Positions 37,142 through 47,096 of a stretch of DNA of 64,000 nucleotides are shown one piece after another. Made by a program: the position numbers and the translations under genes. The stretch comes from Candidatus Limnocylindria bacterium. GTDB taxonomy: Bacteria > Chloroflexota > Limnocylindria > QHBO01. Numbering within the stretch: the first letter of the stretch is position 1; each line of letters starts with the position of its first letter. The DNA is taken from NCBI GenBank assembly GCA_036262075.1, contig DATAJO010000003.1, positions 15,464 to 79,463 of the forward strand, in the 5' to 3' direction. The notes below the pieces were generated by a model. That model saw only the letters and a program-made list of their open reading frames with translations. It did not search any database and had not been told where the DNA came from.

Positions 37142-39886
37142 CTACGGGCCGGGTGTCGGCGTCGGGGTGGGGAGCGGCGCCACGCTGGCCGGCGGAAGCG
37201 TCGGCAGCGGCGTCGGCTCGGGGGTCACCTCCGGCGACGGTGTCAGCTCCGGCGTCGGCGATGGCGACGGGGTGGGTGACGGCGACGGCGATGGCGTCGA
37301 GGTGGGCACCTCGCCCGGCGTGCACGTCTCGGTCGGCGCGAGCGGCGCGTCGATCGGTCCGGGATACGGGACGCGGACCGACTGGTTGAGCTCGCTCTCG
37401 CGCCCGCGCCACGCCTCGATCCAGGCGACGTTCGCCTCCTCCCAGGCCGGGTGGTGATCCTCCCAGCCGACGAGATCGAGGTAGACCTCCTCGAGCGGCT
37501 CCGGCGGCTGCGGCTCGGCAGACGGATCGGGGCTTCCGGATGGTGCCGCCGGCTCGAAGTCGCCGCAGCCCTCTTGCCAGATCTTGCCGGTCTCGGCCTC
37601 GATCCGCAGCTCGCGGTGGAGCGTGTCCTCGGTCGTGGGCTGGTTGTCGGTCCGGAACAGCTCGGTGATCGTCGTGCTCGTGTGCTCGCCCGGCAGGAGG
37701 CCGCTGATCGCGTCGACGGTGACCTCGGTCACGCCGTCGGGCCGCGCGAAGTCGTGGACCGGCAGCTCGTTGAGCGCGGCGACCTCGGCCATGTAGTCGT
37801 GCCAGATGAACGTCGGTCCATCGGCCGCGAACACGTCCTGGATGGGGGAGAAGTCGCTGTTGCCGACCCACACGCCGGTCACGATCGCGCCGGTCGGGTC
37901 GTCGGGATCGTCCGGGTTGCCGGCGAGGTAGCCGACGGCCTGGAGGTCGCGGAAGTCGTTCGTCGTGCCCGTCTTCAGCGTTGCCGGGCGGCGGGTGCCG
38001 TCCGCGTTGAGCAGCTGGAAGCGGGGTCCCCACAGCGGGTTCGTGGCGGGATCGGTGTTGTCGGCCAGGATGTCGGTCACGAGATGGGCCGATGCGGCGG
38101 AAACGATCTGCTCGGGCTCGGCCGCATCGGTCGCGTGGTCGTAGATGACGTTGCCGTCGCTGTCCTCGATGCGCTCGATGAGGTACGGCTCGGCGAGCTC
38201 TCCACCGTTGGCCAGCCCGCCGTACGCGCCGGCCAGGTCGAGCATGTGGACGCCGATCGTGCCGAGCGTCAGCGACGGCACCTCGACCTCGCGCTCCTGG
38301 CGCGGGTCCCACTCCAGCCCGAGACGCTCGGCGAGGGACACGACGTTCGCTGTGCCGATGAGCTGCTGCGCCTTGGCGACCGGGATGTTGAGCGAGTACT
38401 TCAGGGCATCGCGCACGCGGACCGGGCCGCGCTCGCGGCCATCGGCGTTCGGGACGCTGTAGCCGTCGACGATTTCGCCCTCGACGTCCATGAACATCGT
38501 CGCCGGCGTGATGACGCCGGACTCGAAGCCGGCCGCGTACGTGATCGGCTTGAAGGCCGATCCGGACTGCCGGTAGGCCTGGCCGATGACGTCGAAGTTC
38601 GGCTGGTGCTGCGGCGTGGCCTCGCCGTAGAAGTTCGCCGCCCCGACGTAGGCCAGCACGGCGCCGGTGCGGTAGTTGATCGTCACCATGGCCGAGTTGT
38701 TGATGTTCCGTCCCTGGAGCTGGCCGATCCACGACAGGGCCTGCTCGCCGTACTTCTCGACGAGCTCCGCATCGGTCATGCGATCCATGTCGTACGCGAC
38801 CTGGGCCCATTTCTCGGCCGCCGTCTGGTAGCCCTCGTAGTCGAGCGTGGTGACGATGCGCAGCCCGTCGCGGTCGAGCGCCTCCTCGCCGTCGAGCAGG
38901 TCACCGGCCTCGCGGCGCACCGCGTACACGAAGTGCGGGGCGAGGTAGCTCGTGTCGCGCGGCGGCGCGAGGACGATCTGCTCGGCGAGCGCCTCCTCGT
39001 ACTGCTCCTGGGTGATGAAGCCGGCCTCGCGCATCGTCCGCAGCACGATATTGCGGGTCGTGATCGCCTGGGCCGTCTCGGGCACGACGTAGCGCCTCTC
39101 GCCGTCGACCTCCTGCTGGACGGCCTCCGTCGTCGGGTCGAGCCGGGAGGGCGCGCGCACGAGGCTGGCGAGCATCGCCGCCTCGCTGACGGTGAGCTGG
39201 TCCTCGGGCGCATCGGAGGTGATGTCCTTGCCGAAGTACGCCCGCGCCGCCGCCCACACGCCGTAGGCGTTGTTCCCGTAGTAGACCTGGTTCAGGTACA
39301 TCTCGAGGATGCGCTGCTTGCCCTCCTCGCCGGGATGGCGGTCGTCGAGGCGAAGGGCGAGGATCGCCTCCTTGAACTTCATCTCGACGCGCCGCGAGGG
39401 ATCGGCGGCGATCTCCGCGTCGATGAGCCGCATGCCGATGAGCTGCTGGCAGATCGTGCTGGCGCCGGAGACCGTCGTGCCGGCCTGGATGTTCTGCACG
39501 AAGGCCCGCACGATGGCCCGGAAGTCGACGCACGGGTTGGTCCAGAACGTCCGGTCCTCGGCCGCGACCTGGGCGTCGATCATGACCTGCGGCAGGTCCT
39601 CGAAGCTGATCTCGCGGCGGTCCTCGACGGCGAACGTGGCGAGCTCCTGGTCGTCGGCCGAGACGACGGTCGAGCCCTCGGCCAGGTCGAAGTCCTCGAT
39701 GGCCGCCACATCGGGCAGGTCGCTCGTGAACGAGAAGTACACGCTCATGAGGAAGCCGAACAGGCCGATGGCGGCCACGCCGAAGGCACCGAGGATGATG
39801 CGCGGCAGGACGGGGGAGCCGGGTCGACGGGGAGGAGCCCGCCGGGCCGCCCCGCGGGACCGGGGCGGCGGTACGCGTCGGGTCAT
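37142..39886 (-). CDS. class A penicillin-binding protein (transglycosylase plus transpeptidase) with Pro/Thr-rich C-terminal tail
   Basis: ATG 39886 inside the 37142..40870 ORF. N-terminal TM anchor, GT51 motifs (EDRTFWTN, RVEMKFKEA), TP motifs (SGSAFKP, SLN, KTGTT). Confidence 0.85.
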   Translation of the reverse strand: MTRRVPPPRSRGAARRAPPRRPGSPVLPRIILGAFGVAAIGLFGFLMSVYFSFTSDLPDVAAIEDFDLAEGSTVVSADDQELATFAVEDRREISFEDLPQVMIDAQVAAEDRTFWTNPCVDFRAIVRAFVQNIQAGTTVSGASTICQQLIGMRLIDAEIAADPSRRVEMKFKEAILALRLDDRHPGEEGKQRILEMYLNQVYYGNNAYGVWAAARAYFGKDITSDAPEDQLTVSEAAMLASLVRAPSRLDPTTEAVQQEVDGERRYVVPETAQAITTRNIVLRTMREAGFITQEQYEEALAEQIVLAPPRDTSYLAPHFVYAVRREAGDLLDGEEALDRDGLRIVTTLDYEGYQTAAEKWAQVAYDMDRMTDAELVEKYGEQALSWIGQLQGRNINNSAMVTINYRTGAVLAYVGAANFYGEATPQHQPNFDVIGQAYRQSGSAFKPITYAAGFESGVITPATMFMDVEGEIVDGYSVPNADGRERGPVRVRDALKYSLNIPVAKAQQLIGTANVVSLAERLGLEWDPRQEREVEVPSLTLGTIGVHMLDLAGAYGGLANGGELAEPYLIERIEDSDGNVIYDHATDAAEPEQIVSAASAHLVTDILADNTDPATNPLWGPRFQLLNADGTRRPATLKTGTTNDFRDLQAVGYLAGNPDDPDDPTGAIVTGVWVGNSDFSPIQDVFAADGPTFIWHDYMAEVAALNELPVHDFARPDGVTEVTVDAISGLLPGEHTSTTITELFRTDNQPTTEDTLHRELRIEAETGKIWQEGCGDFEPAAPSGSPDPSAEPQPPEPLEEVYLDLVGWEDHHPAWEEANVAWIEAWRGRESELNQSVRVPYPGPIDAPLAPTETCTPGEVPTSTPSPSPSPTPSPSPTPELTPSPEVTPEPTPLPTLPPASVAPLPTPTPTPGP

Positions 39887-39934
39887 TCGGGCGGCAGGGT
39901 AGCACGGACGATCGGGTGCGTTATCCTCGGCCGC

Positions 39935-41227
39935 ATGGAGGCCAACGCCCGCACGGCGGTGCTCGACGACCTCGCCTGGCGCCGGATGATCGCCGATCAC
40001 ACCGATCTCGACGCGCTGCGGGCTGCCATGGCCGCCGGCCCGGTGTCCTACTACATCGGCTTCGACCCGACCGCCCCCAGCCTGCACTTCGGCAATCTCG
40101 TCCAGCTCATCACCATGCGCCGGCTCCAGCTGGCCGGGCACCGCCCGGTCGGCCTCGTGGGCGGGGCGACCGGTCTCGTCGGTGACCCGGGCGGACGCAC
40201 GAGCGAGCGCGTCCTCAACGAGCGCGAGGTGGTCGCCGAGTGGGTGGAGCGCATCCGCGCCCAGGTCGCGCGCTACCTGTCGTTCGAGGGCTCGAACGCG
40301 GCGATCATCGTCAACAACCTCGACTGGACCGGCGAGCTGAGCGCGATCGACTGGCTCCGGGACGTCGGGAAGCACTTCAGCGTGAACCGCATGCTGGCCA
40401 AGGAGGCGATCGCGGCCCGGATGGAGGCCGGCGGCATCAGCTACACCGAGTTCAGCTACCAGATCATGCAGGCGCTCGACTTCCTGGAGCTGTACCGGCG
40501 CCATGGCGTCACGCTCCAGCTGGGCGGAAGCGACCAGTGGGGGAATCTCACGGCCGGTGTCGACCTCATCCGGCGCGTCGAGGGGGTCCAGGCCCACGCG
40601 CTGGCGACGCCGCTCATCACGCGCCCGGACGGAGAGAAGTTCGGCAAGTCGACCGGTTCGACGCTGTGGCTCGACCCGGCGCTGACGGCACCGTTCCAGT
40701 TCTACCAGTGGTTCCTCAACACCGACGACACGGTGGTCGGGACGTACCTGCGGGTGTTCAGCTTCCGCTCGCACGAGGAGATCGAGGCGCTCGAGCAGGC
40801 CGTCACGACACGCCCGGAGGCGCGCGAGGCGCAGCGCGCCCTGGCGGCGGAGGTCACCGAGCTCGTCCACGGAGCCGATGCCGCCCGGCGGGCCGAGCAG
40901 GCGTCGGCGGCGCTGTTCGGCGCCGGCGATCTCCGCGAGCTCGACGCCGGCACGCTCGAGGCCGCGTTCGCCGACCTGCCGCGGGCGCGGCTGTCGGCGC
41001 AGGACGGGATGCCGGCGATCCTCGACCTGCTGGTCGAGACCGGGTTGGCGGAGAGCCGCGGCCAGGCGCGCCGGGTCGTCGGCGAGGGCGGGGCCTACCT
41101 GAACAACGAGCGCGTCACGGATCCGCAGGCCGTGCCCGAGCGCGAGTCACTGCTCGCCGGCCGCTGGCTCCTCCTGCGGCGCGGGAAGCGGACGCTGGCC
41201 GTGGCCGAGGTCGAGGGCGGCGGATGA
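39935..41227 (+). CDS. tyrS: tyrosine--tRNA ligase
   Basis: ATG 39935 inside the 37451..41227 frame. HIGN-like SLHFGN, KFGKS (KMSKS) and C-terminal S4 domain. Confidence 0.9.
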   Translation: MEANARTAVLDDLAWRRMIADHTDLDALRAAMAAGPVSYYIGFDPTAPSLHFGNLVQLITMRRLQLAGHRPVGLVGGATGLVGDPGGRTSERVLNEREVVAEWVERIRAQVARYLSFEGSNAAIIVNNLDWTGELSAIDWLRDVGKHFSVNRMLAKEAIAARMEAGGISYTEFSYQIMQALDFLELYRRHGVTLQLGGSDQWGNLTAGVDLIRRVEGVQAHALATPLITRPDGEKFGKSTGSTLWLDPALTAPFQFYQWFLNTDDTVVGTYLRVFSFRSHEEIEALEQAVTTRPEAREAQRALAAEVTELVHGADAARRAEQASAALFGAGDLRELDAGTLEAAFADLPRARLSAQDGMPAILDLLVETGLAESRGQARRVVGEGGAYLNNERVTDPQAVPERESLLAGRWLLLRRGKRTLAVAEVEGGG

Positions 41228-41469
41228 AGCTCGCGTTCGGCGTCGGGGCGCTGGCGGCGGGGCTCGCCGTCGTCGCCCTCGTGGCCGTCGCGATCTGGAT
41301 CGTGACGCTCGTCACCGGCTCATCGGCCGCGTGGTCGGCGGCGTCGTGGATCATGCTCGCCGCCGCGGCGCTCGTGGCCGCGGCGACGTACGCCGCCGAA
41401 CGCTTCGTCCATCGGCGCACCATGGCCCGCATGCGCGCCATGGGCGAGCCCTGGGCCTACCGCGAATAG
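41224..41469 (+). CDS. small hypothetical membrane protein
   Basis: 81 aa, 2 TM helices; ATG overlaps the tyrS stop (ATGA); high GC3. Confidence 0.4.
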   Translation: MKLAFGVGALAAGLAVVALVAVAIWIVTLVTGSSAAWSAASWIMLAAAALVAAATYAAERFVHRRTMARMRAMGEPWAYRE

Positions 41470-41473
41470 TCGG

Positions 41474-43561
41474 CTAGTGGGCGACGCGCTCCGCCGCCGC
41501 CCCGTGGCCGTTCTTCGAGGCCTCGGCGACGACCTTCTCGGCGATCTGGTGCGGCACCTCGGCGTAGTGGTCGAGCTTCCAGCTGAAGCGGCCACGTCCC
41601 TGGGTGATCGAGCGCAGCTCGGTGGCGTAGTGGAACATCTCGGCCTGCGGGACCTGCGCGCGAAGGTGCTGCATGCCCTCGACCGAATCCATGCCGAGCA
41701 CGTGGCCGCGCTTGGCGGTGATCTGGCCCATGACGTCGCCCATGTACTCGTCGGGGACGACGATCTCGACCTCGAGGACCGGCTCGAGCAGCGTCGGTGA
41801 GGCGACCTCGAAGGCCCGCTTCAGCGCCTGCGAGGCGGCGACCTTGAATGCCATCTCGGAGCTGTCGACGGTGTGGTACGAGCCGTCGACGAGCGTGGCC
41901 TGGAGGTCGACGACCGGGTAGCCGGCCAGGACGCCCTCGGACATCGCCTCGCGCAGGCCCTTCTCGACGGCCGGGATGTACTGCTTCGGCACGACGCCAC
42001 CGACGATCTTGTCCCCGAACTGGAAGCCGGTGCCCATCTCGGCCGGGGCGAACTCGATGACGACGTGCCCGTACTGGCCGTGCCCGCCGGTCTGGCGCTT
42101 GAACTTGTTGTCGATGCGGGCCGGCTGGCGGATCGTCTCCCGGTACGGCACGCGCGGCGTGGCGACCTTGACCGCGGCGCCGAACTTCCGCTTCAGCCGA
42201 TCGACGATGACGTCCACGTGCGCGTCGCCCATGGCGGTGAGGATGGTCTCGCCGGTGCCCTCCTCGCGATGGATGCGGATCGCCGGCTCCTCCTCCTCGA
42301 GCCGATGCAGCGCGGAGCCCAGCTTGTCGAGGTCCGCCTTCGACTCGGGCTCGATCGCCACCTGGAGGGTGGGCGAGGGGAACGCGAGGCCCTGCAGCTC
42401 CACCGCCTGCGACCGATCGGCGACGAGCGTGTCCCCGGCGTGCGTCGAGGTCAGCTTCGCGACGGCCGCGATGTCACCCGGGCCGACCTTGGCGAGGTTC
42501 TCGGTGTCCTTGCCCTGCACCGACAGGAGGTTGCCGATGCGCTCCTCCTCGCGGCGGTTGACGTTGTAGACGTGCCCCTGGCCGGACAGGGATCCGGAGA
42601 CGACGCGGAGGTACGTGAGGCGGCCGACGAACGGGTCGGCGGTGGCCTTGAACACCTGCGCCACGAACGGCCCGTTCGGGTCGGGCGTGATCTCCTTGCC
42701 GTCCGCCGTCCTGCGGCCGCCCACCTCGGCGGGGGAGGGGATGTGCTTGACGATCATGCTGAGGAGCTCGCGGACGCCGACGTTCTTCGTCGCCGACCCG
42801 ACGAAGACCGGCACCACCGAGCCCTCGCGCGTGCCCGTGTGGAGCGCCGCCTCGATCTCCTCGTCGCTGAACGGCTCGCCCTCGAGGTACTTCATCATCA
42901 GCTCGTCGCTGGCCTCGGCGGCAGCCTCCACGAGCTGGTCGTGGCGGGTGTGCTCGATGCCCTCGAGCTCGGGCGGGATCGGGACCTCCTTGGGCGAGCC
43001 GCCCTCGTAGACGGTCGCGTGCTCCTCGATGACGTCGACGTAGCCCCTGAACGAGTCGGCGGCGCCGATCGGCAGGTAGACGGGCGCGATCTTCGGGCCG
43101 AACTTCGCCTTCAGCGCGTCGAGCGTGGCGTCGTAGTTCGCGTTCTCGCGGTCCATCTTGTTGACGAACACCATCCGCGGCAGCCCGCGCGCGTCGGCCA
43201 GCTTCCAGACCTCCTCGGTCCCGACCTCGACGCCGGCGCTGGCGTCGACCACGACGATCGCCGCGTCCACCGCGGCCAGCGCCTCGGCGACATCGGCCTG
43301 GAAGTCGGCGTAGCCGGGCGTGTCGACGATCGTGATCCGCGTCCCGTCGTGCTCGAGTGACCCGATGGCGAGGTTGATCGACTGCGTCCGCTTGTGCTCG
43401 TCGGGGTCCCAGTCGAACGTCGTCGTGCCCGCTTCGACGGTCCCCAGGCGTGAGATCGCGCCGGCATCGAAGAGCATCGCCTCGGCGAGGCTCGTCTTGC
43501 CGGCGCCACCGTGGGAGATGAGGGCGACGTTCCTGATCCTGTCGGGGGTGGTCGGCTTCAT
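41474..43561 (-). CDS. elongation factor G paralog (EF-G/EF-G2 family translational GTPase)
   Basis: 695 aa; G1 HGGAGKTS, G3 DTPGYADF, G4 NKMD, plus domains II-V. Stand-alone, not in an rpsL-rpsG-fusA-tuf context. Confidence 0.85.
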   Translation of the reverse strand: MKPTTPDRIRNVALISHGGAGKTSLAEAMLFDAGAISRLGTVEAGTTTFDWDPDEHKRTQSINLAIGSLEHDGTRITIVDTPGYADFQADVAEALAAVDAAIVVVDASAGVEVGTEEVWKLADARGLPRMVFVNKMDRENANYDATLDALKAKFGPKIAPVYLPIGAADSFRGYVDVIEEHATVYEGGSPKEVPIPPELEGIEHTRHDQLVEAAAEASDELMMKYLEGEPFSDEEIEAALHTGTREGSVVPVFVGSATKNVGVRELLSMIVKHIPSPAEVGGRRTADGKEITPDPNGPFVAQVFKATADPFVGRLTYLRVVSGSLSGQGHVYNVNRREEERIGNLLSVQGKDTENLAKVGPGDIAAVAKLTSTHAGDTLVADRSQAVELQGLAFPSPTLQVAIEPESKADLDKLGSALHRLEEEEPAIRIHREEGTGETILTAMGDAHVDVIVDRLKRKFGAAVKVATPRVPYRETIRQPARIDNKFKRQTGGHGQYGHVVIEFAPAEMGTGFQFGDKIVGGVVPKQYIPAVEKGLREAMSEGVLAGYPVVDLQATLVDGSYHTVDSSEMAFKVAASQALKRAFEVASPTLLEPVLEVEIVVPDEYMGDVMGQITAKRGHVLGMDSVEGMQHLRAQVPQAEMFHYATELRSITQGRGRFSWKLDHYAEVPHQIAEKVVAEASKNGHGAAAERVAH

Positions 43562-43695
43562 CGGTGCTCCTCAACGCGTGCGTGCCGGAGTCGCCGAGGC
43601 CGAATGCTCCGCCTCGGGCGGTCGGTGGCCAGGAGTGGGACGGCCATTATAGAAGCGGTAGAATCGGCGGCCGACTCCGAGGGCAGGGAGGTTCC

Positions 43696-44454
43696 ATGTC
43701 CGGCCACAGCAAGTGGTCCCAGATCAAGCGACAGAAGGGCGCGAACGACGCCAAGCGCGGCGCGCTGTTCACGAAGCTGGCCCGCGAGATCATCACCGCC
43801 GCCCGCCAGGGGGGCGGCGATCCCGACGCCAACTATCGCCTGCGCATGGCGATCGAGAAGGCGAAGGCGAACTCGATGCCGGCCGACAACATCAAGCGCG
43901 CCATCGAGCGCGCGACCGGCGGTGGAGCCGATGCGGAGCAGTACGAGGAGATCACGTACGAGGGCATCGGGCCGGGGAGCGTGGCCGTCATCGTCGAGGC
44001 CATGACGGACAACCGGAACCGAACGGCGTCGGAAGTGCGCAGCGTGTTCAACAAGCACGGCGGCAGCCTGTCCACCGTGGCCTGGCAGTTCGAGCAGAAG
44101 GGCATCATCACCATCCCGCTCAACGGGCGGGATCCCGACGAGGTGACGCTGGCCGCCATCGACGCCGGCGCCTCCGACGTCAGCGCGCCGGACGGCGGCT
44201 CGATCGAGGTGACGACGGAGCCGAGCGAGCTCGAGGCGGTGCGGCGCGCCCTCGCCGATGCCGGCTACGAGGCGGAGTCAGCCGAGCTGTCGATGGAGCC
44301 GACGACGACCGTCGAGATCGCCGACGAGAAGACCGCGAAGTCGGTGCTCCAGTTCGTCGAGCGTCTCGAGGATCTCGACGACGTGCAGAACGTGTACGCG
44401 AACTTCGACATCCCGGCCGAGCTCATGGAGCAGCTCGAGGCCCAGGTCGCCTGA
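43696..44454 (+). CDS. yebC: YebC/PmpR-family DNA-binding regulator
   Basis: MSGHSKWSQIKRQKG...; GGGAGG RBS upstream of ATG 43696. Confidence 0.9.
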   Translation: MSGHSKWSQIKRQKGANDAKRGALFTKLAREIITAARQGGGDPDANYRLRMAIEKAKANSMPADNIKRAIERATGGGADAEQYEEITYEGIGPGSVAVIVEAMTDNRNRTASEVRSVFNKHGGSLSTVAWQFEQKGIITIPLNGRDPDEVTLAAIDAGASDVSAPDGGSIEVTTEPSELEAVRRALADAGYEAESAELSMEPTTTVEIADEKTAKSVLQFVERLEDLDDVQNVYANFDIPAELMEQLEAQVA

Positions 44455-44485
44455 CGCCCCTCCGGGGCGCAACGGGGAACGAAGG

Positions 44486-45613
44486 TCAGCGGCCGGCGGT
44501 CGTCCGCCGCTTGGGCGCCGCCGGAGACGCCGGAGTGGCGGATGCGGCCGGCGCACCGAGATACCCTGCGAGCAGCCCGCCGACATCGGGCAGCGCCTCC
44601 TGGCGCAGCCGGTAGCGCTTCTGGCCCACGCCGACCGTCACCAGGCCGGCGGAGCGCAGGATGATCATGTGGTGGTGCATCGTCGTCTTGGCGACGCCGA
44701 ACATGTCCGCCAGCTCCATGAGCGTCTTCTCGCCGTCGGCGAGGGCCCGCAGGATGCGCAGCCGCTTCTCGTCGCCGAGGGCCTTCGACAGGCGCACGAG
44801 GCGGCGGGGCGGCTCGTCGGTCGCGGCGGTCACCGACTCGTCGGCCACCGGGTAGACGATGAGCTGGACGTCGGCGTACTCGGTGTACGACACCAGCGGC
44901 CGCTGGACGAAGCTCGGAACCATCACGATGCGCGCCACGCCGGGACGGGGGACGTACTCCACGCCGTTCGTCGCCTCGCGCACGAACTCGTCGATCGGCA
45001 TCGCGGTCAGCATGGCGCGCTTCGCGGCCGCGTCACGCTCGATGATCGGCAGGATCGTCAGCGCCTCGGCCTTCCAGACCTTCTCGTGCCACTCGGCCAG
45101 GACCTCGAGGATCCCGGCCTTCAGCTCGTCGCCATCGGCGTCGAGGATGTTGGCGAGGAAGTGGGTCCACTCCTCGACCTCGGGGTGCGAGGTGCGCAGG
45201 AACTCGTCGCGCGCAGCGCGGTCACCCGCGACGGCCGCCCGCATGACGGAGAGGGGCGTCATACGGCGGGCCTCGCGGGTGTAGAAGGAGACGAGGTGGA
45301 GCTTCAGCTCCACCGGATCGGTTTCGCGAAGATGCTCGAGGAAGGCGGGGACGTCGCGCGGCGCCGGCGTCTCGTACGCGAGGGTGACGAGCGACGTGAA
45401 GAGGTCCGCGTTGTCGAAGCAGACCTCGCGGATGCGGGCGATGAGCGCGTCACCCGCCCGGGCGCGCAGATCGGCCACCCATTCGGGGCCGACGTCGTAG
45501 GTGTCGTCGCGGTCGCCCTCGATGACGGGCAGGAGGGACTCGAGCAGCTCGTAGGCCGGCGCGGGATCGATGACGACGAACGGGGCGCCGTGCGGTCGAC
45601 GGGCGGGGGCCAT
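44486..45613 (-). CDS. transcriptional regulator with C-terminal ArsR-type winged HTH
   Basis: 375 aa; C-terminal LGDEKRLRILRALADGEKTLMELADMFGVAKTTMHHHMIILRSAGLV. Confidence 0.6.
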   Translation of the reverse strand: MAPARRPHGAPFVVIDPAPAYELLESLLPVIEGDRDDTYDVGPEWVADLRARAGDALIARIREVCFDNADLFTSLVTLAYETPAPRDVPAFLEHLRETDPVELKLHLVSFYTREARRMTPLSVMRAAVAGDRAARDEFLRTSHPEVEEWTHFLANILDADGDELKAGILEVLAEWHEKVWKAEALTILPIIERDAAAKRAMLTAMPIDEFVREATNGVEYVPRPGVARIVMVPSFVQRPLVSYTEYADVQLIVYPVADESVTAATDEPPRRLVRLSKALGDEKRLRILRALADGEKTLMELADMFGVAKTTMHHHMIILRSAGLVTVGVGQKRYRLRQEALPDVGGLLAGYLGAPAASATPASPAAPKRRTTAGR

Positions 45614-45907
45614 CGTTCGGCTCCTTCAGCGGGGAATGGACGTCAGGCAGGCCGATGCGCCGACGGGCGCACGCGCTCGCCGCGCTCGCCGCTCAGCCGG
45701 GTCCCGGCGCCGATCAGGGCGTGACCGAGCTGGACGCGAAGCGACCGCGCCTGCGGCCGGCGGGCGGCACGCTCGCGCTCGGCGAGGGTCGCGGGGTCCG
45801 GTCGCCGGGCGAAGCGAGCCAGGCGCGCTCGCGCCATCTCTCGCTGCATCGTCTCATTCGGCATGATCATCGCACGTTCGTCCTATCGTTCGATCGAGGC
45901 TGCATCT

Positions 45908-45925
45908 GTTCGAACCGTATCGAAC
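45908..45925 (+). promoter_or_regulatory. dyad GTTCGA-accgta-TCGAAC in a low-GC region ~100 bp upstream of ruvC; candidate SOS-box-like operator
   Basis: Perfect 6-bp inverted arms with a 6-nt spacer. Half-sites equal those of the actinobacterial LexA box (TCGAAC-N4-GTTCGA) but in swapped arrangement and spacing, so the call is tentative. Confidence 0.3.
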
Positions 45926-46026
45926 AAGACGCATCGTACGACAAACCTCGGATGGCGTCAAGCCCTTTCGAATGACCGATGCGGACGCCACGTCTGACGC
46001 TGGCCGAACCCGGCTACCATGGCCGG

Positions 46027-46524
46027 GTGATCGCGATCGGCATCGATCCCGGAACGGCGACCTGCGGCTTCGGCGTCGTGCGCCTCGAGCCCGATGGGGC
46101 CGTGCGGATGATCGACGCCGGTGTCGTACGAACTCCTTCGAACATCCCGGAGGCGGAGCGTCTCGGACAGCTCCACGCGGCGCTCGGCGGGCTGATCGGC
46201 ACGCACCAACCGGATCGCGTGGCGGTCGAGCGGCTGTTCTTCCAGCGCAACGTGCAGACGGCGATGGCGGTCGGCCAGGCGCGCGGCATCGCGCTCCTCG
46301 TGGCCGCCACCGCCGGCGTCCCGATCGACGAGCCGACGCCGAACGAGATCAAGCAGCAGATCTGCGGCTCCGGATCGGCCGACAAGGCGCAGGTGGCGGC
46401 GATGGTGGAGCGGCTGCTCGGCGTGCGCCTCGCCGGCGTCCCCGACGACGCGACCGATGCGCTGGCGGCCGCCATCGGCTGCGCCTTCCGCCATGCCGCC
46501 CAGCCGAAGGCGGTGATCGGGTGA
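46027..46524 (+). CDS. ruvC: crossover junction endodeoxyribonuclease RuvC
   Basis: GTG 46027 gives (M)IAIGIDPGTATCGFGVV; catalytic D/E/D/D positions present. ATG 45979 is an alternative start. Confidence 0.9.
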   Translation: MIAIGIDPGTATCGFGVVRLEPDGAVRMIDAGVVRTPSNIPEAERLGQLHAALGGLIGTHQPDRVAVERLFFQRNVQTAMAVGQARGIALLVAATAGVPIDEPTPNEIKQQICGSGSADKAQVAAMVERLLGVRLAGVPDDATDALAAAIGCAFRHAAQPKAVIG

Positions 46525-47096
46525 TCGGCTCGATCCGCGGACAGGTGACGCACGTCGGGCTCGACCACGCCCTCGTCGAGGTGGGGGGCATCGGCTACCG
46601 GGTGGTCGCCGGGCCGGCGTTGCTCGCGAAGCTCCGACCGGGCACGGAGGCATCGGTCTTCACCCATCACCTCGTGCGCGAGGATCAGCAGGCGCTGTTC
46701 GGCTTCGCGACGACCGAGGAGCTGGCGTTCTTCGAGCTGCTCATGACGGTCTCGCAGGTCGGACCGCGCCTGGCCCTGGCGATCACGAGCGCGCACCCGG
46801 TCACGAAGCTCCAGCTGGCGATCGTGACCGATGACGCCGACGTGTTCACCAGCGTCTCCGGCGTGGGCCGCAAGACGGCGCAGCGCATCATCCTCGAGCT
46901 CAAGGAGAAGGTCCACGCGGCCGGCATCGCGGTCGGGCCCGGCGCTTCGACCGATTCCGACGTCGTGGCGGCGCTCGAGTCGCTCGGCTACTCCGCGGCC
47001 GAGGCCCGCAGGGCGGCCGGCGCGGTGGCCGGCACCGATGGCGGGCTCGACGCCCGCATCAAGGCCGCGCTCCAGGAGCTGGCCCGCAGCCGATGA
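46521..47096 (+). CDS. ruvA: Holliday junction DNA helicase RuvA
   Basis: GTG overlapping the ruvC stop; (M)IGSIRGQV...GIGYRV; HhH motifs (VSGVGRKTAQRIILEL). Confidence 0.9.
   Translation: MIGSIRGQVTHVGLDHALVEVGGIGYRVVAGPALLAKLRPGTEASVFTHHLVREDQQALFGFATTEELAFFELLMTVSQVGPRLALAITSAHPVTKLQLAIVTDDADVFTSVSGVGRKTAQRIILELKEKVHAAGIAVGPGASTDSDVVAALESLGYSAAEARRAAGAVAGTDGGLDARIKAALQELARSR

Noticed and set aside
37451-39934. N-terminal ~830 codons of the 1258-aa plus-strand ORF ending at the tyrS stop
   Set aside because: Antisense to the PBP gene; only the segment from ATG 39935 matches TyrRS.
45643-45870. 75-aa minus-strand ORF in the ruvC upstream region
   Set aside because: Arg-rich with poor codon usage, lying in a promoter region; no support for coding.
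45908-45925. Canonical LexA box
   Set aside because: Strict actinobacterial consensus TCGAAC-N4-GTTCGA is not matched; only the half-sites are present in swapped order, so this is reported as a tentative variant, not a confirmed SOS box.
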